Position numbers and translations under genes: made by a program. From an uncultured bacterium (GTDB taxonomy: Bacteria > Verrucomicrobiota > Verrucomicrobiia > Verrucomicrobiales > DEV007), in contig CAXBMO010000003.1 in the NCBI GenBank assembly GCA_963977015.1, positions 288,001-352,000 on the forward strand: a DNA stretch of 64,000 nucleotides, given 5' to 3'. Each line of letters starts with the position of its first letter. Positions within the stretch are counted from its first letter, which is position 1. Positions 38,970 to 49,659 of this stretch are shown here, in pieces. Below the pieces are notes generated by a model. The model ran no database searches, was not told the origin of the DNA, and saw nothing but the letters and a program-made list of their open reading frames with translations.

Positions 38970-40067
38970 TTACCTTTGGAACGCATGATTGGCATAACTC
39001 TGCTCAGCGGTACTGAACCACTGTGACGAGGCCTCTTTAAACGCCTTCCAGTGCTCATAGACACGCTTGTAGTCTGAATTGGAGGCGGCAAGTTCTGCAT
39101 GAAGCTTTTCCGATTCTTTTTCAGCAGCCGCCATGATATCCGCGCTGAACGGGCGCAGGTTCACGCCTTTTTCGATCAATTCCTGTAACGCCTGGGGATT
39201 CTTGGCATCGTAAGATTCCAACATGGTCGAAGATGATTCGGCGCAGGCCGCTTCAAGTGCTGCTTGATACGAAGTTGGCAACTCTTCCCAAAACGTTTTG
39301 TTCACGTAGATGCTGATGTTCGCACCCGGCTCCCACCATCCGGGATAATAATAGTTCTTCGCGACCTGCCAGAACCCCAGTTTCTGATCGTCATACGGGC
39401 CAACCCATTCTGCGGCATCGATCGCGCCTCGTTCCAGTGCTGGATAGACTTCACCACCTTGAAGAACCTGAACGGTTACACCCAGACGATCCATAATTTC
39501 GCCTCCTAACCCTGGAATTCGCATGACCAATCCCTGCAGATCCTGAAGCGAATTGATCTCCTTGCGAAACCAACCGCCCATTTGCTGGCCGGTATTGCCG
39601 CCCGCAAACGACTTGATGTTAAACTGGGCGAGAATCTCGTTCATCAACTCCAAACCTCCTGCCTGGTTGAGCCAGGCGTTCTGTTGACGGGCGGTAAGTC
39701 CAAAAGGAACCGCCGTCTCAAACGCGAGCGCCGGGTGTTTGCCTTTGTAGTAGTAGGCAGCCGTATGGCCAATCTCGACACCACCTCCTGAAACGGCGTC
39801 CATCACCTCCCCGCCAGGAACGAGTTCTCCGGCAGGGTAAACCTCGATCTCAAAAAATCCGTCCGTCAGTTGAGCAACTCTGGTCGCCATCTTCTCGGCA
39901 AATCCGTAGATCGTGTCAAGTGAGCGCGGATAACTGGAGGCCAATTTCCAGCGGATTCGTTTCCGTTCTTGGGTTCCCGCTCCGTTTTCTTCCGAGCCAC
40001 AACTGGTCAAGGCGGCCCCTGCTGCAGAACTCGCACCGAGCCCGGAAACAAATTTTCTTCGATTCAT
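38970..40067 (-). CDS. TRAP transporter solute-binding protein (DctP/TakP-like), Tat lipoprotein
   Basis: MNRRKFV..LTSC leader, GNTGQQMGGWFRKEI, MRIPGLGG, ALERGAIDAAEWVGPYDD, YYYPGWWEP. Confidence 0.93.
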   Translation of the reverse strand: MNRRKFVSGLGASSAAGAALTSCGSEENGAGTQERKRIRWKLASSYPRSLDTIYGFAEKMATRVAQLTDGFFEIEVYPAGELVPGGEVMDAVSGGGVEIGHTAAYYYKGKHPALAFETAVPFGLTARQQNAWLNQAGGLELMNEILAQFNIKSFAGGNTGQQMGGWFRKEINSLQDLQGLVMRIPGLGGEIMDRLGVTVQVLQGGEVYPALERGAIDAAEWVGPYDDQKLGFWQVAKNYYYPGWWEPGANISIYVNKTFWEELPTSYQAALEAACAESSSTMLESYDAKNPQALQELIEKGVNLRPFSADIMAAAEKESEKLHAELAASNSDYKRVYEHWKAFKEASSQWFSTAEQSYANHAFQR

Positions 40068-40136
40068 ACGTGTGTCTTCGTGCCATAGAGACACCGAGGC
40101 ACCAACGCAAGAGAAACTCGGCTGACAGGTAACCCT

Positions 40137-40505
40137 TTAACTCCACTCGTGCCCACAACTGCGGCAACAGAGATGAATTGGATCACCCGATTTTTGCATC
40201 AAGCGAAAACGCGGCTCCAACGGGAAATAGAGGTCCCGTTCATCATCCTCCACAGCCGGGTGCACATCTTGCGAACTGCATTCCGGGCACTGCAGCACAT
40301 CGTCCTCCGCCATCTTCTCTTGAACAATATCTGCCAGTAACCGCATCGCGTCCTCGATCTGCCGATCGGACACAAACAAATTATAAATCGTGTCTCCCGA
40401 TGCCGTGTGATCACCGGTGAGGCCGGTCCGAATCCTTTGCTGCTCCATTCTCCCCGCAACGGTCTCGGCCGAGCTTTCGCGATGAAAAATTGCTAAATGC
40501 TGCAT
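40137..40505 (-). CDS. Small DUF2007-like protein with C-terminal zinc ribbon
   Basis: N-terminal DUF2007-like segment, then CPEC ... CRSCGHEW. Confidence 0.7.
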   Translation of the reverse strand: MQHLAIFHRESSAETVAGRMEQQRIRTGLTGDHTASGDTIYNLFVSDRQIEDAMRLLADIVQEKMAEDDVLQCPECSSQDVHPAVEDDERDLYFPLEPRFRLMQKSGDPIHLCCRSCGHEWS

Positions 40506-41032
40506 GATTCTTTTGGGTTGTTTTCCTACCTATTTAACTAGTCTTTATCCCATCTTGTAAAGCTAAATTCGTGCCATCACCGAATCGAACCTCAAAGCTC
40601 TTCTTTTTGAGCCGTTTTAAGCGCTCAAAGCCCTCCTGCCGTTGACACTTATTATGACGGTTTTGAAACTTTTAGCTTAGTCCTTTTGCTTGTTTGCTCA
40701 GTTCCTTGCCGATCCGTCGCGTCTTCGGCGCTGTTTTCCTGCCGCTACGGTCCCTTTTTCCTTCTCAGATTCACGAGAACCCCAAGGTTGAAGCGCGCCC
40801 TACCTATCATCACCACAATTTGCCAGGAAATCACAAATTTTGGAGGACAATCGCCAGTTTTAAGCGAGGATAATGACGCCCGAAGTGGCTGCTGAGCGAG
40901 ACTAGATTTCCTTTCGCGGAACGATGTTGCCTGCCTCAGAAATGAGTTCACCATCATCACCCGGACTTTAACAATGAAGGTCATACCAGCAGTCCTTCGG
41001 GTATTTTTGTTTGAGCTTTTGCTCCAACGCTC

Positions 41033-43717
41033 TTGAGACGGATTTTGACTGCGGCAACCGACATCCAACTCCATCCTGACGGGACGGTTTCACTCCCCAA
41101 TCAACTGGAGCTGGGCGATTCCATTTATGGTTCGTTCAAAAAGGGACTTCCAACCGGCATCATCGCCCTCGCCTCAACAAACACGGGGTCCGCTATTCCA
41201 CCGTTCCTGGGCTTTTGGCGCAATTTTGGCAGGGATTACCTCACAGAGCTTTGCCATCGCGGTAGCGGGGATCCCGAAATGTGGGAACCGGTTCCACTTC
41301 CAACAAAAGGAGAATTGGCGAAATGGGTGGAGATGGTTCCTCCCGCTCCTGGTGGAGAATATGTGAGTGCGGAGTTTCTCTCGAACCTCTGGACGTTTCT
41401 CAACCACCTGGTTGCAGGCGAAACGAAACAAGGAAAGACGCTCAGCCGATGGTTGGAAGAGAGGAACCCACTTTGGAAGCAAATCGGCCGGGTCACCTTC
41501 CATCTCGCCGAGAATCCACGGGACGAGGAAAAGCCCTTTGCTTTCCTCGCGACCTACACTCACCGCTTGAGTTCTCAGAGTAAATTGCAGTATTTGCCTC
41601 TCGGAAACGCGATCAAAAGATTCGGCGAGAAGAAGGATCAAAAGCTCTTGAAATCGATTCTCGCACCACTTCGCGAAGCCGCACAGCTGAGTCCATTCGT
41701 CAGGGGATTAGTTGAGTCGAAAGAGGTTTTTCAAGCCCTGGCCTGGAGCCCTGATCAGGCGTTTCAGTTTCTCGAGTGCATTCCGACCGTTGAGGAATGT
41801 GGCATCACCGCAAAGGTCCCCGACTGGTGGAAAGCCGGACGGCCCTCTCGCCCGAAAGTGTCGGTTCAACTGGATGCCAAAAGCCTTTCCCTCGGAGGCA
41901 TACAAAGCCTACTTTCGTTTCGAATCGACAAGACTCTTGACGGCGAAAAATTGACCGACAAGGAGTGGGAGAAACTGGTAAATGCCAGTTCTGGCCTTGT
42001 TTCCATCAAGGGACAGTGGGTCGAGGTGGACGCGGCAAAACTCGAACAGGCGTTGGAGCACTGGAAGAAAGTGGAGCAGGCTCGCGCGGTGGCGGGAATC
42101 TCGTTCGCGCAAGGTATGCGGATGCTTGCAGGCTTTCGCCAATCGGATTTCGCCAAGCCCGACCCATCATCGGTGAAAAACCTTGGAGAGTGGACGGATG
42201 TCGTTCCTCAGAAAGGGCTCAAGGAGTTGCTTACTCAAATCCGCGATCCGAAAAACAGGCCGAAAGTTCCGCCAAATGAGGACCTCCAAGCAACTCTTCG
42301 CCCCTATCAGGAGACGGGAGTCGACTGGCTTTGCCTGATGCGAAAATTGGGCCTTGGCGCGTGTCTGGCGGATGACATGGGGCTCGGGAAGACGATTCAG
42401 GTCATTGCTGCATTCCTTCACGAAAAACGGACGCAGCAGAAACCCAATTTGCTGATCGTCCCCGCATCCTTGTTGGGAAACTGGCGCAATGAGATTCGGC
42501 AGTTTGCACCGTCTCTACGCGTCTTTTACGCCCACCCTTCCATGTCCAGCAAAGAAGAGTTACAGTCGCCGCGCTTCGGGAACATCGACCTCGTCATTTC
42601 GACTTTCAGCATGATGACCCGGCTTCCATCGATCGTAGAAGGTCATTGGAATATCTTGGCCATCGATGAGGCGCAGGCATTGAAAAACCCCGCCTCCACT
42701 CAGACTCAAGCGGCAAAGGCCCTCAACTCTCAACATCGCATCGCGCTGACCGGCACCCCAATCGAGAACAGCATCACCGATCTCTGGTCCCTGTTTGATT
42801 TTCTTAATCCCGGCCTTCTCGGGACTGCCGCCGAATTCAAGACCTCGATCAAGAACCTGAGTTTGAAAGCGGAAGGATACAGTCCGATCAGACGCTTGAT
42901 TGCTCCTTTCATTTTGAGGCGATTGAAAACCGACAGAACCATCATTGCCGACCTTCCTGACAAACTGGAGGTGAACGCGCTTTGCCCCCTAAGCAAAGGT
43001 CAGACCGCCATCTACCAACAGAACGTCAGGCAACTCGCGAAAGATTTGAGCGCGCCCGAGAGCAGCGGCATTCAGCGAAAGGGACTCGTCCTGAGTTACC
43101 TGATGAAATTCAAGCAGATCTGTGATCATCCGGGACTGTTGACCGGCAGTGGAAATTTCGAAGAAAAGCACAGTGGCAAATTCCAGCGTCTTCGGGTGAT
43201 TGCAGAGGAACTGTTTTCGCGGGGAGAAAAGGTCCTTATTTTCACCCAGTTCCGGGAAATGGCGGATCCACTGACTGAATTTTTGGACTCGATCGCTCCA
43301 GGGCCCGGATTGACCCTACACGGCGGAACAACGGTCAAAAAGCGGCAAGAGTTGGTACGGAAGTTTCAGGAACCCGACGGACCACCATTCTTTGTCATCT
43401 CCCTCAAGGCAGGCGGAACGGGACTCAATTTGACCGCAGCCTCCCACGTAATTCATTTCGACCGCTGGTGGAACCCTTCCGTCGAAAATCAGGCTACGGA
43501 TCGCGCATTCAGAATCGGGCAAAAACGGAACGTCTTCGTCCACAAATTCGTTTGTCCCGGCACAATTGAAGAGAAGATCGATCGGCTCATTGCCGCGAAA
43601 ACGGAAATAGCGGAGGAACTTGTTGGCCAGCCATCCGCTCAAGCAAACCTCATGGAGATGAGTGATGCGGAACTCTTGGACTTCGTAGCGTTGGATCTGC
43701 GTTCGGTTTTCTCATGA
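41033..43717 (+). CDS. SNF2-family helicase/ATPase
   Basis: LRPYQ, LADDMGLGKT, DEAQ, LTGTPIEN, LKAGGTGLNLT, WWNPSVENQATDRAFRIGQ. Confidence 0.96.
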   Translation: MRRILTAATDIQLHPDGTVSLPNQLELGDSIYGSFKKGLPTGIIALASTNTGSAIPPFLGFWRNFGRDYLTELCHRGSGDPEMWEPVPLPTKGELAKWVEMVPPAPGGEYVSAEFLSNLWTFLNHLVAGETKQGKTLSRWLEERNPLWKQIGRVTFHLAENPRDEEKPFAFLATYTHRLSSQSKLQYLPLGNAIKRFGEKKDQKLLKSILAPLREAAQLSPFVRGLVESKEVFQALAWSPDQAFQFLECIPTVEECGITAKVPDWWKAGRPSRPKVSVQLDAKSLSLGGIQSLLSFRIDKTLDGEKLTDKEWEKLVNASSGLVSIKGQWVEVDAAKLEQALEHWKKVEQARAVAGISFAQGMRMLAGFRQSDFAKPDPSSVKNLGEWTDVVPQKGLKELLTQIRDPKNRPKVPPNEDLQATLRPYQETGVDWLCLMRKLGLGACLADDMGLGKTIQVIAAFLHEKRTQQKPNLLIVPASLLGNWRNEIRQFAPSLRVFYAHPSMSSKEELQSPRFGNIDLVISTFSMMTRLPSIVEGHWNILAIDEAQALKNPASTQTQAAKALNSQHRIALTGTPIENSITDLWSLFDFLNPGLLGTAAEFKTSIKNLSLKAEGYSPIRRLIAPFILRRLKTDRTIIADLPDKLEVNALCPLSKGQTAIYQQNVRQLAKDLSAPESSGIQRKGLVLSYLMKFKQICDHPGLLTGSGNFEEKHSGKFQRLRVIAEELFSRGEKVLIFTQFREMADPLTEFLDSIAPGPGLTLHGGTTVKKRQELVRKFQEPDGPPFFVISLKAGGTGLNLTAASHVIHFDRWWNPSVENQATDRAFRIGQKRNVFVHKFVCPGTIEEKIDRLIAAKTEIAEELVGQPSAQANLMEMSDAELLDFVALDLRSVFS

Positions 43718-43773
43718 TCAACTGAGATTCCGCAGTTTTTTTTTTCAGCATGGTTCCCACCAGAATTCCATGC

Positions 43774-44154
43774 TTATCCGTCGACGGTTCCGCCCCCGGT
43801 CACCTCATCCGAATAGGTGTTGATCCGAGCGATAATCTCATCCATATCCCGGTCATCGATCTCGAAATTCTTCAGAGCGCTAAACAAGTGGTCCACAAAC
43901 TTCTGAACGTGTTTGGTGCGAATCCCCCTCCCCTGGTGAGCCTCGGAAATCGATTTACCCGTAAATTTGGCAGGTCCATCAATCGCCGCCGCGATGAATT
44001 CCCGAAACATGCTTCGCTGATGACTCATGTCGCTCTTGGTGAAAAACGCCGCGAGTTCGGGGTCGAGCACAATTCGCTCGTAAAAATCATCGATCAGACG
44101 TTCTACGGTCGATTCACCACCAATGCGGTCATAGAGGGTAATGTTTTCGCTCAC
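43774..44154 (-). CDS. Group I truncated hemoglobin (GlbN-like)
   Basis: TLYDRIGG, FYERIVLDPELAAFF, GP..FTGKSISEAH (proximal His). Confidence 0.92.
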   Translation of the reverse strand: MSENITLYDRIGGESTVERLIDDFYERIVLDPELAAFFTKSDMSHQRSMFREFIAAAIDGPAKFTGKSISEAHQGRGIRTKHVQKFVDHLFSALKNFEIDDRDMDEIIARINTYSDEVTGGGTVDG

Positions 44155-44365
44155 AATACAAACTTTACGCGTGGTTCGTCCAGGTGCTGCCCGTTTCTTG
44201 GCAATTTCCGACCCTCTTTTTCCTCACTTCGCTTTCGGGGATTTTTTGGCCTTCCCCAAGCTGCTTCGGCTAAGCAATGGACAAAGAGAGCGGCATTGAT
44301 CCAAGAAATGCGTAAGTATGTTCTCCTCTGTCCCCACCAATTGGAACGACCCAACCATTTTCCTG

Positions 44366-45784
44366 ATGAAGCCCCTTCTCACACTTTTTCTCTATTCGGT
44401 ATTTCTCGCCTCGTCATTCGGCTTTGAACAGGCCCATTCCGAGCTCGATCAAATCCTGGGGACGCACGTCGATTCCGGCTTGGTTGACTACGAGGCCATT
44501 CACGAGTCGCCCGAACAACTCAACCAATACTTGGCTTCGGTCGCAAAGGTCACGACCCAGGAATTTGAGCAGTGGAGCCGCGATGAACAGCTTGCTTTTC
44601 TCATCAACGTCTACAACGCGGCGACGCTCCATCTCATTGTGGCCCATTACCCGACCTCCAGCATCAAGCAAATCCCAGATCAATGGGACCTGGAGCACAT
44701 TGCCCTCTTCGGGGGAATGGTGTCTCTCAATAACGTGGAGCATGAGTTGATCCGGGCGCGGTTCGACGATGCCCGCGCCCACTACGCCCTGGTCTGCGCC
44801 GCCCTGAGTTGTCCCCCGCTTCGTGCCGAAGCCTATGTTGCGTCGAAACTTGACGCGCAGCTGGACGATCAAGGGACGATCTTCTTTTCTCAGGCCAACA
44901 AGAATTTCGTCAGCGACGATGGAACGCTTCACCTCTCACCAATTCTCAATTGGTTCACCGAAGACTTCGTGGACTCCGAGTCTGAATTGGCCAGCTACGC
45001 CAAGAAGTGGTTGCCCAAAGAGGCAGCTTCCAAGATTGATCCTGAAAAGCCCGTTCAATTCACCTTTTACGATTGGGGATTGAACCAAAAGGGTGCTGTA
45101 ACCGCGGAAACCGCTCCCAGTGGAATCCAAGCAAAAATCCTAACCGGCCTGCAATTCATCGACAACCTCGGCACGATCAAAGCGGTCGTCTACGGCCTCG
45201 CCTACATCGGCCTTTCCCTGGCCTTCGTTTCTGCCGGAATGCTCACCATCGCTGGTGGTTTCTTTTTTGGCCCAGTCTGGGGAACCGTCATTGTGTCGCT
45301 GGTTTCCACAACCGCTGCTGCCTTGGCCTTTCTGATCAGCCGATACCTTGCCCGGGGCTTCATTGAAAAACGGATTGAAGGAAACGAGAAATTTGCGGCG
45401 GTGGACCGGGCGGTTGGCCGCGAAGGATGGAAAATCGTCGGGCTGACGAGACTATCGCCATTGTTCCCCTTCGTTTTCCTGAACTACGCCTACGGGCTCA
45501 CCAAGGTAAAATTTCCCCACTACGTTCTGGCCTCATGGCTCACCATGCTACCAGGAACCATCGTCTATGTCTGGATTGGTTCACTGGCGAAAAACCTGAC
45601 CACCATCGCGGCTGGAGGAGGCGCCGGTTCAACGCCCAAACTGATTCTCAGTATCATCGGAATCGCCGCCACTTTTGCCGTGACCGCCTACGTGACAAAA
45701 CTGGCTCGAAAAGCGCTGAACGAGAAGGTTGGAGCGGACGAAGTTCGTGAAGATGGGGGAGATTCGGTTCCAAGCCCTTCCTGA
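44366..45784 (+). CDS. DUF547 domain fused to a VTT/DedA (TVP38/TMEM64) membrane domain
   Basis: Signal peptide, then QLAFLINVYNA, RAHYALVCAALSCPPL and YDWGLN (DUF547), then GGFFFGPVWG..AFLISRY..RLSPLFPF..NYAYG (VTT). Confidence 0.88.
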   Translation: MKPLLTLFLYSVFLASSFGFEQAHSELDQILGTHVDSGLVDYEAIHESPEQLNQYLASVAKVTTQEFEQWSRDEQLAFLINVYNAATLHLIVAHYPTSSIKQIPDQWDLEHIALFGGMVSLNNVEHELIRARFDDARAHYALVCAALSCPPLRAEAYVASKLDAQLDDQGTIFFSQANKNFVSDDGTLHLSPILNWFTEDFVDSESELASYAKKWLPKEAASKIDPEKPVQFTFYDWGLNQKGAVTAETAPSGIQAKILTGLQFIDNLGTIKAVVYGLAYIGLSLAFVSAGMLTIAGGFFFGPVWGTVIVSLVSTTAAALAFLISRYLARGFIEKRIEGNEKFAAVDRAVGREGWKIVGLTRLSPLFPFVFLNYAYGLTKVKFPHYVLASWLTMLPGTIVYVWIGSLAKNLTTIAAGGGAGSTPKLILSIIGIAATFAVTAYVTKLARKALNEKVGADEVREDGGDSVPSPS

Positions 45785-45867
45785 GGACAAGCCAGAACCT
45801 AACAGGGTGCCGGAACTTGCGATTTGATGATTGAATACTCTGCTGGGCCGATCGAGACTAAGCATCG

Positions 45868-46332
45868 ATGAATTTTCGCTTTGTAGGTCTCACTGGAATC
45901 GTGGTTACGGCCTTAACTTTATGTTCTTGTCTGACCTCCGAACCGCGGGCTGATGTTCAGGTCACGCCCGGCACCAAGCTGGGGGACTATCAAATCGTCT
46001 ATTTTGTGTTTGAAGACGCCTGGGCTGCGAATCACAGCATCGTGCAACTCCTGCAACAGGAATTTCAGCGACGCTCTTTTGCGATCAAGGTAGGGCCACC
46101 GTTGGAAGAGGATAAGTCAATTTCGACGGTGCTCCGGCTGAAACACGCGGGCGAAAACAAGGATTCCCAAAAAGGAAGTGTCACCAGCCTTCGCTATCTC
46201 CGCTTCGATCTCACGGATGCATCGAGCGGCAAATTGCTTGCTTCCGTCAATCGGGATCATGGATCCGATATGGATCCCATTGAACAAAAGCTGTTTGCAA
46301 AAGCACTCGTGGACGACCTTTTGGACGGCTGA
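45868..46332 (+). CDS. Hypothetical lipoprotein
   Basis: MNFR, a hydrophobic stretch, and the lipobox-like LCSC. Confidence 0.65.
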   Translation: MNFRFVGLTGIVVTALTLCSCLTSEPRADVQVTPGTKLGDYQIVYFVFEDAWAANHSIVQLLQQEFQRRSFAIKVGPPLEEDKSISTVLRLKHAGENKDSQKGSVTSLRYLRFDLTDASSGKLLASVNRDHGSDMDPIEQKLFAKALVDDLLDG

Positions 46333-46793
46333 TGAGAACTGGTTGGCTTACCCTCCTGACACAACTGGTTCGCGGCCATCAGGTGGCTTCAGGCATCGCC
46401 GAAGAAGAGAGGTTTCCCAACGGAACCCTCGCGATGCAACTCCCGCACTTTGAGCAACGAGGTTTGGACCTGACGTCATTTTACAAGGGCACCTTGAACC
46501 TCTCCATCGCTCCAAAGCAGTTTCGTATTCTTGAAACCACCCATTGCTTTGAAGACGTGAAATGGGCGAGCAATGAACCCGCCGAGAACTTCTGGTTTCT
46601 CGATTGTCGGGTTGGTCTGAACCTGGAGGATTTTGTCGATGGATACATCTACTATCCGGATCCCGAAACCAAGCCGTGCCACTTCCAACCACCCAATGTG
46701 CTGGAAGTAATTGCCCCGGAACTACCAGATGTAAACTACGGCGACTCCATCTGGCTGGCGATTCGCCGCAACCAAATTGAGATCACGGATTGA
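46332..46793 (+). CDS. Conserved hypothetical protein, CTP-dependent riboflavin kinase-like fold
   Basis: VRGHQVASG ... FYKGTLNLSI ... LEVIAP..P.V.YGD, resembling the G..SG / GTLN / EIIAP..L..GD layout. Confidence 0.55.
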   Translation: MRTGWLTLLTQLVRGHQVASGIAEEERFPNGTLAMQLPHFEQRGLDLTSFYKGTLNLSIAPKQFRILETTHCFEDVKWASNEPAENFWFLDCRVGLNLEDFVDGYIYYPDPETKPCHFQPPNVLEVIAPELPDVNYGDSIWLAIRRNQIEITD

Positions 46794-46876
46794 GGCCGGC
46801 TGTTCGCGAAAGGACGGGAACTTCTCATCCGAACCTTGCTATCTCGCGGATGTTTGGCTGAGTCTGGCTCCCACCC

Positions 46877-48328
46877 GTGAATCCGTCCGACTTTTCCAAC
46901 TCTCCAACACAATCCAGCTACGATGCTGTGATTGTCGGCTCAGGTCCCAACGGCCTCGCGGCTGCCATTCACCTTGCCCAGAACGGTGCGCAAGTGTTGG
47001 TGGTCGAAGCGAAGTCAACACCGGGCGGAGGAATGCGCACGGCGGAACTCACCCTTCCAGGATATCTGCACGATGTTTGCGCCGCGATTCATCCCATGGG
47101 GATCGCCTCCCCCTTTCTCAAGTCGTTGGATTTGGAGGCCCACGGGCTGGTCTGGGCTCAGCCAACTTATCCGGTGGTTCAACCGATGGATGACGGAAAA
47201 GCCGTCGTTCACGAACGCAGCGTTGCCGATACGGCGGCCAGACTTGGTCCCGATCGGGACACCTATCAAAAACTCTTCACGCCCCTGACCGAAGATTCGG
47301 AGAAACTTTATCATTCGCTCCTTGGGCCACTCAGCATTCCACGGCATCCCTTCGCAATGCTGAAGTTTGCCCGGCACGCCCTGAAATCCGCCCGGCAATT
47401 GGCCGATCGCAGTTTCAAAACTCCGGAAGCGAAAGCGCTCTTTTCCGGCCATGCGGCGCACTCGGTTCAGCCCCTGGAGAATACCGCGACCGCGGCGGTC
47501 GGGATGATGTTGGGCGTTAGTGCGCACAGCGTGGGTTGGCCGGTTGCCGTTGGGGGAACACAGAGTATCACCCGGGCGTTGCTCTCGATTTTGCGGGGTT
47601 TGGGTGGTGAGATCATCTGCGAGACCTCCGTTTCGGCGCTTGAAGCTCTCCCCAAGGCCAAGGCCTATCTGTTCGACACCTCTCCAAGGGCGATGTCGGA
47701 GATCTGCCACTCTCAATTTCCCGAAGGATACCGCGATCGATTGAAGTCCTATCGATACGGTCCCGGAGTGTTCAAGGTCGACTGGGCGCTGAACGAGCCG
47801 ATTCCATGGACCAATGCCGAGGCCAGATTGACGGCGTGCCTTCACGTCGGAGGAACGTTTGATGAGGTGGCGGACGCAGAAAGAGAATGCTGGCAAGGTC
47901 ACCACTCCCGCCGCCCATTCCTGATTCTGGCGCAACCCACCGTTGTCGATCCCAGTCGCGCGCCCGAAGGGAAACACACCGCGTGGGCCTACTGCCACGT
48001 ACCAAATGGTTCCACCGTCGACATGCAGGCACGGATTGAGGAGCAAGTGGAACGTTTTGCGCCAGGCTTCCGCGATTGCATCCTGGAATCCCACACCATG
48101 ATGACGACCGATGTTGAGGCCTATAACCCCAATTACATTGGTGGCGATGTCATCGGCGGCGTCCAGGATTTGGGTCAGCTTTATACCCGCCCTGTGGCCC
48201 GGTTGAATCCCTACACGACGCCGGCGAAAAACATTTTTCTGTGTTCGGCATCCACACCTCCGGGAGCAGGCGTCCACGGGATGTGCGGCTATCACGCAGC
48301 CAAAACAGCGCTGAAGCGCATCCAATAG
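46877..48328 (+). CDS. Phytoene desaturase-family FAD-dependent oxidoreductase
   Basis: VGSGPNGLAAA, GGG.RT.ELTLPG..HD, SASTPPGAGVHGMCG. Confidence 0.92.
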   Translation: MNPSDFSNSPTQSSYDAVIVGSGPNGLAAAIHLAQNGAQVLVVEAKSTPGGGMRTAELTLPGYLHDVCAAIHPMGIASPFLKSLDLEAHGLVWAQPTYPVVQPMDDGKAVVHERSVADTAARLGPDRDTYQKLFTPLTEDSEKLYHSLLGPLSIPRHPFAMLKFARHALKSARQLADRSFKTPEAKALFSGHAAHSVQPLENTATAAVGMMLGVSAHSVGWPVAVGGTQSITRALLSILRGLGGEIICETSVSALEALPKAKAYLFDTSPRAMSEICHSQFPEGYRDRLKSYRYGPGVFKVDWALNEPIPWTNAEARLTACLHVGGTFDEVADAERECWQGHHSRRPFLILAQPTVVDPSRAPEGKHTAWAYCHVPNGSTVDMQARIEEQVERFAPGFRDCILESHTMMTTDVEAYNPNYIGGDVIGGVQDLGQLYTRPVARLNPYTTPAKNIFLCSASTPPGAGVHGMCGYHAAKTALKRIQ

Positions 48329-48340
48329 TCTTTCGCAAAT

Positions 48341-49657
48341 CTATCCGAGGGACAAGGGACCACCCGCGCAGTGTTTTTCCGTCCCAAACGTGGAAATGTT
48401 GTGCCCCATGGACTGAGCGACCGACAGCCAAAGCCGGTTGTGCTCAGCTTTGTCGAATCGTAAATGGCGCCCCATTTTGAATCCGTGAGCCTTTCCGCCA
48501 AGCAACACGAACGGAATATTTTCCAGGGTATGCGAGTTCCCTTTACCCAACTCGTTGAGCCAAACGATCAACGTATGATCCAACATGGAGCCATCGGCAC
48601 CGGGTTCCGGAGTTTTCGCGAGGCGCTCGGTCAGGTAGGCAAGCTCATTGCTGAACCATCGATTAATTTTCACGAGCTTCTCCTGGGCCTCCTCTTTCCC
48701 GTCCGGCTCGTGAGAGAGACCGTGGTGGCCTTCGGTAATTCCGAGCCATTGCATGCGGGCCTGACCGACTGAACGCATGTACTGCAGGGTGCCAATCCGA
48801 GTCATGTCGTTGGCCATGGCATTGACCAAAAGATCAATCTGCATCCGGCTGATCTGCGGGGTGTTGTCGTTCACTAGTTCAATATCCGGATCAATATCGG
48901 GCATGGGGTGCGCCAACTCGGTGTCGCCATCGACCTGCTGAAGTTCCGACTCCATCTCACGAACCAGCGTCAAATGCTGGTCGAGCAGAGCCCGATCTTC
49001 ACTTCCCAACCGTCCCGCTACTCGCTTGAGATCTTCCCTCACGCCATCCAGAACGCTGACCAGGCTTTCCTTGTCCTGCATCTTCCCATAAAGCCTTCCC
49101 ATCATTTGTTCCGGGTCGTTGATTGGTGCGACAGGCTTATTGGCCCCTTGATAGCTCATTCGCGTCCATGGATCCGCACGATTCGGGACGGCAACTCCAA
49201 ACTCCAATGATCCAAACCGCGTCCTCGTCTCGTCACGACTTTGCAGAAACTTGCGGAGTTCCTGATCGATGGAAATTCCGCTCGCCCATCCCGCCGGCGT
49301 GTCGGAACCACCCTGAATATTTCCCGGGAGCAACTCGGTTCCGGTCAACAAACAACTCATCCCGCGCATGTGACGATCGCCGTCCCCGCCAACCTTGTTG
49401 GAGATGCCATTGAGGATCAACATCTGATCCTTGAACCGGGCAAGCGGCTCCAAAATGCGTCTCGGCTGAAAATCAGGACCTTCACCATCAGGCCAGAACT
49501 CCGACGGGATGGTTCCGTTCGGGGAGAACATGATGATCAGGCGTTGCTTCGGCTTTGCGCTCGCGGCATTCAGCCCCGGCAAACCGGTCAAGAACGGCAA
49601 GGTTCCGGCAGAGACGCCGAGATTACGCAGGAATTGGCGGCGATTGGTGGTCGTCAT
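48341..49657 (-). CDS. DUF1552 domain protein (Tat substrate)
   Basis: [16 protein letters not shown]...[29 protein letters not shown]. Typical partner of DUF1592 genes. Confidence 0.9.
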   Translation of the reverse strand: MTTTNRRQFLRNLGVSAGTLPFLTGLPGLNAASAKPKQRLIIMFSPNGTIPSEFWPDGEGPDFQPRRILEPLARFKDQMLILNGISNKVGGDGDRHMRGMSCLLTGTELLPGNIQGGSDTPAGWASGISIDQELRKFLQSRDETRTRFGSLEFGVAVPNRADPWTRMSYQGANKPVAPINDPEQMMGRLYGKMQDKESLVSVLDGVREDLKRVAGRLGSEDRALLDQHLTLVREMESELQQVDGDTELAHPMPDIDPDIELVNDNTPQISRMQIDLLVNAMANDMTRIGTLQYMRSVGQARMQWLGITEGHHGLSHEPDGKEEAQEKLVKINRWFSNELAYLTERLAKTPEPGADGSMLDHTLIVWLNELGKGNSHTLENIPFVLLGGKAHGFKMGRHLRFDKAEHNRLWLSVAQSMGHNISTFGTEKHCAGGPLSLG

Positions 49658-49659
49658 TT

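Noticed and set aside
40510-41030. Long intergenic region upstream of SNF2 as a possible ncRNA or pseudogene
   Set aside because: No convincing structure, repeat or protein similarity seen by eye.
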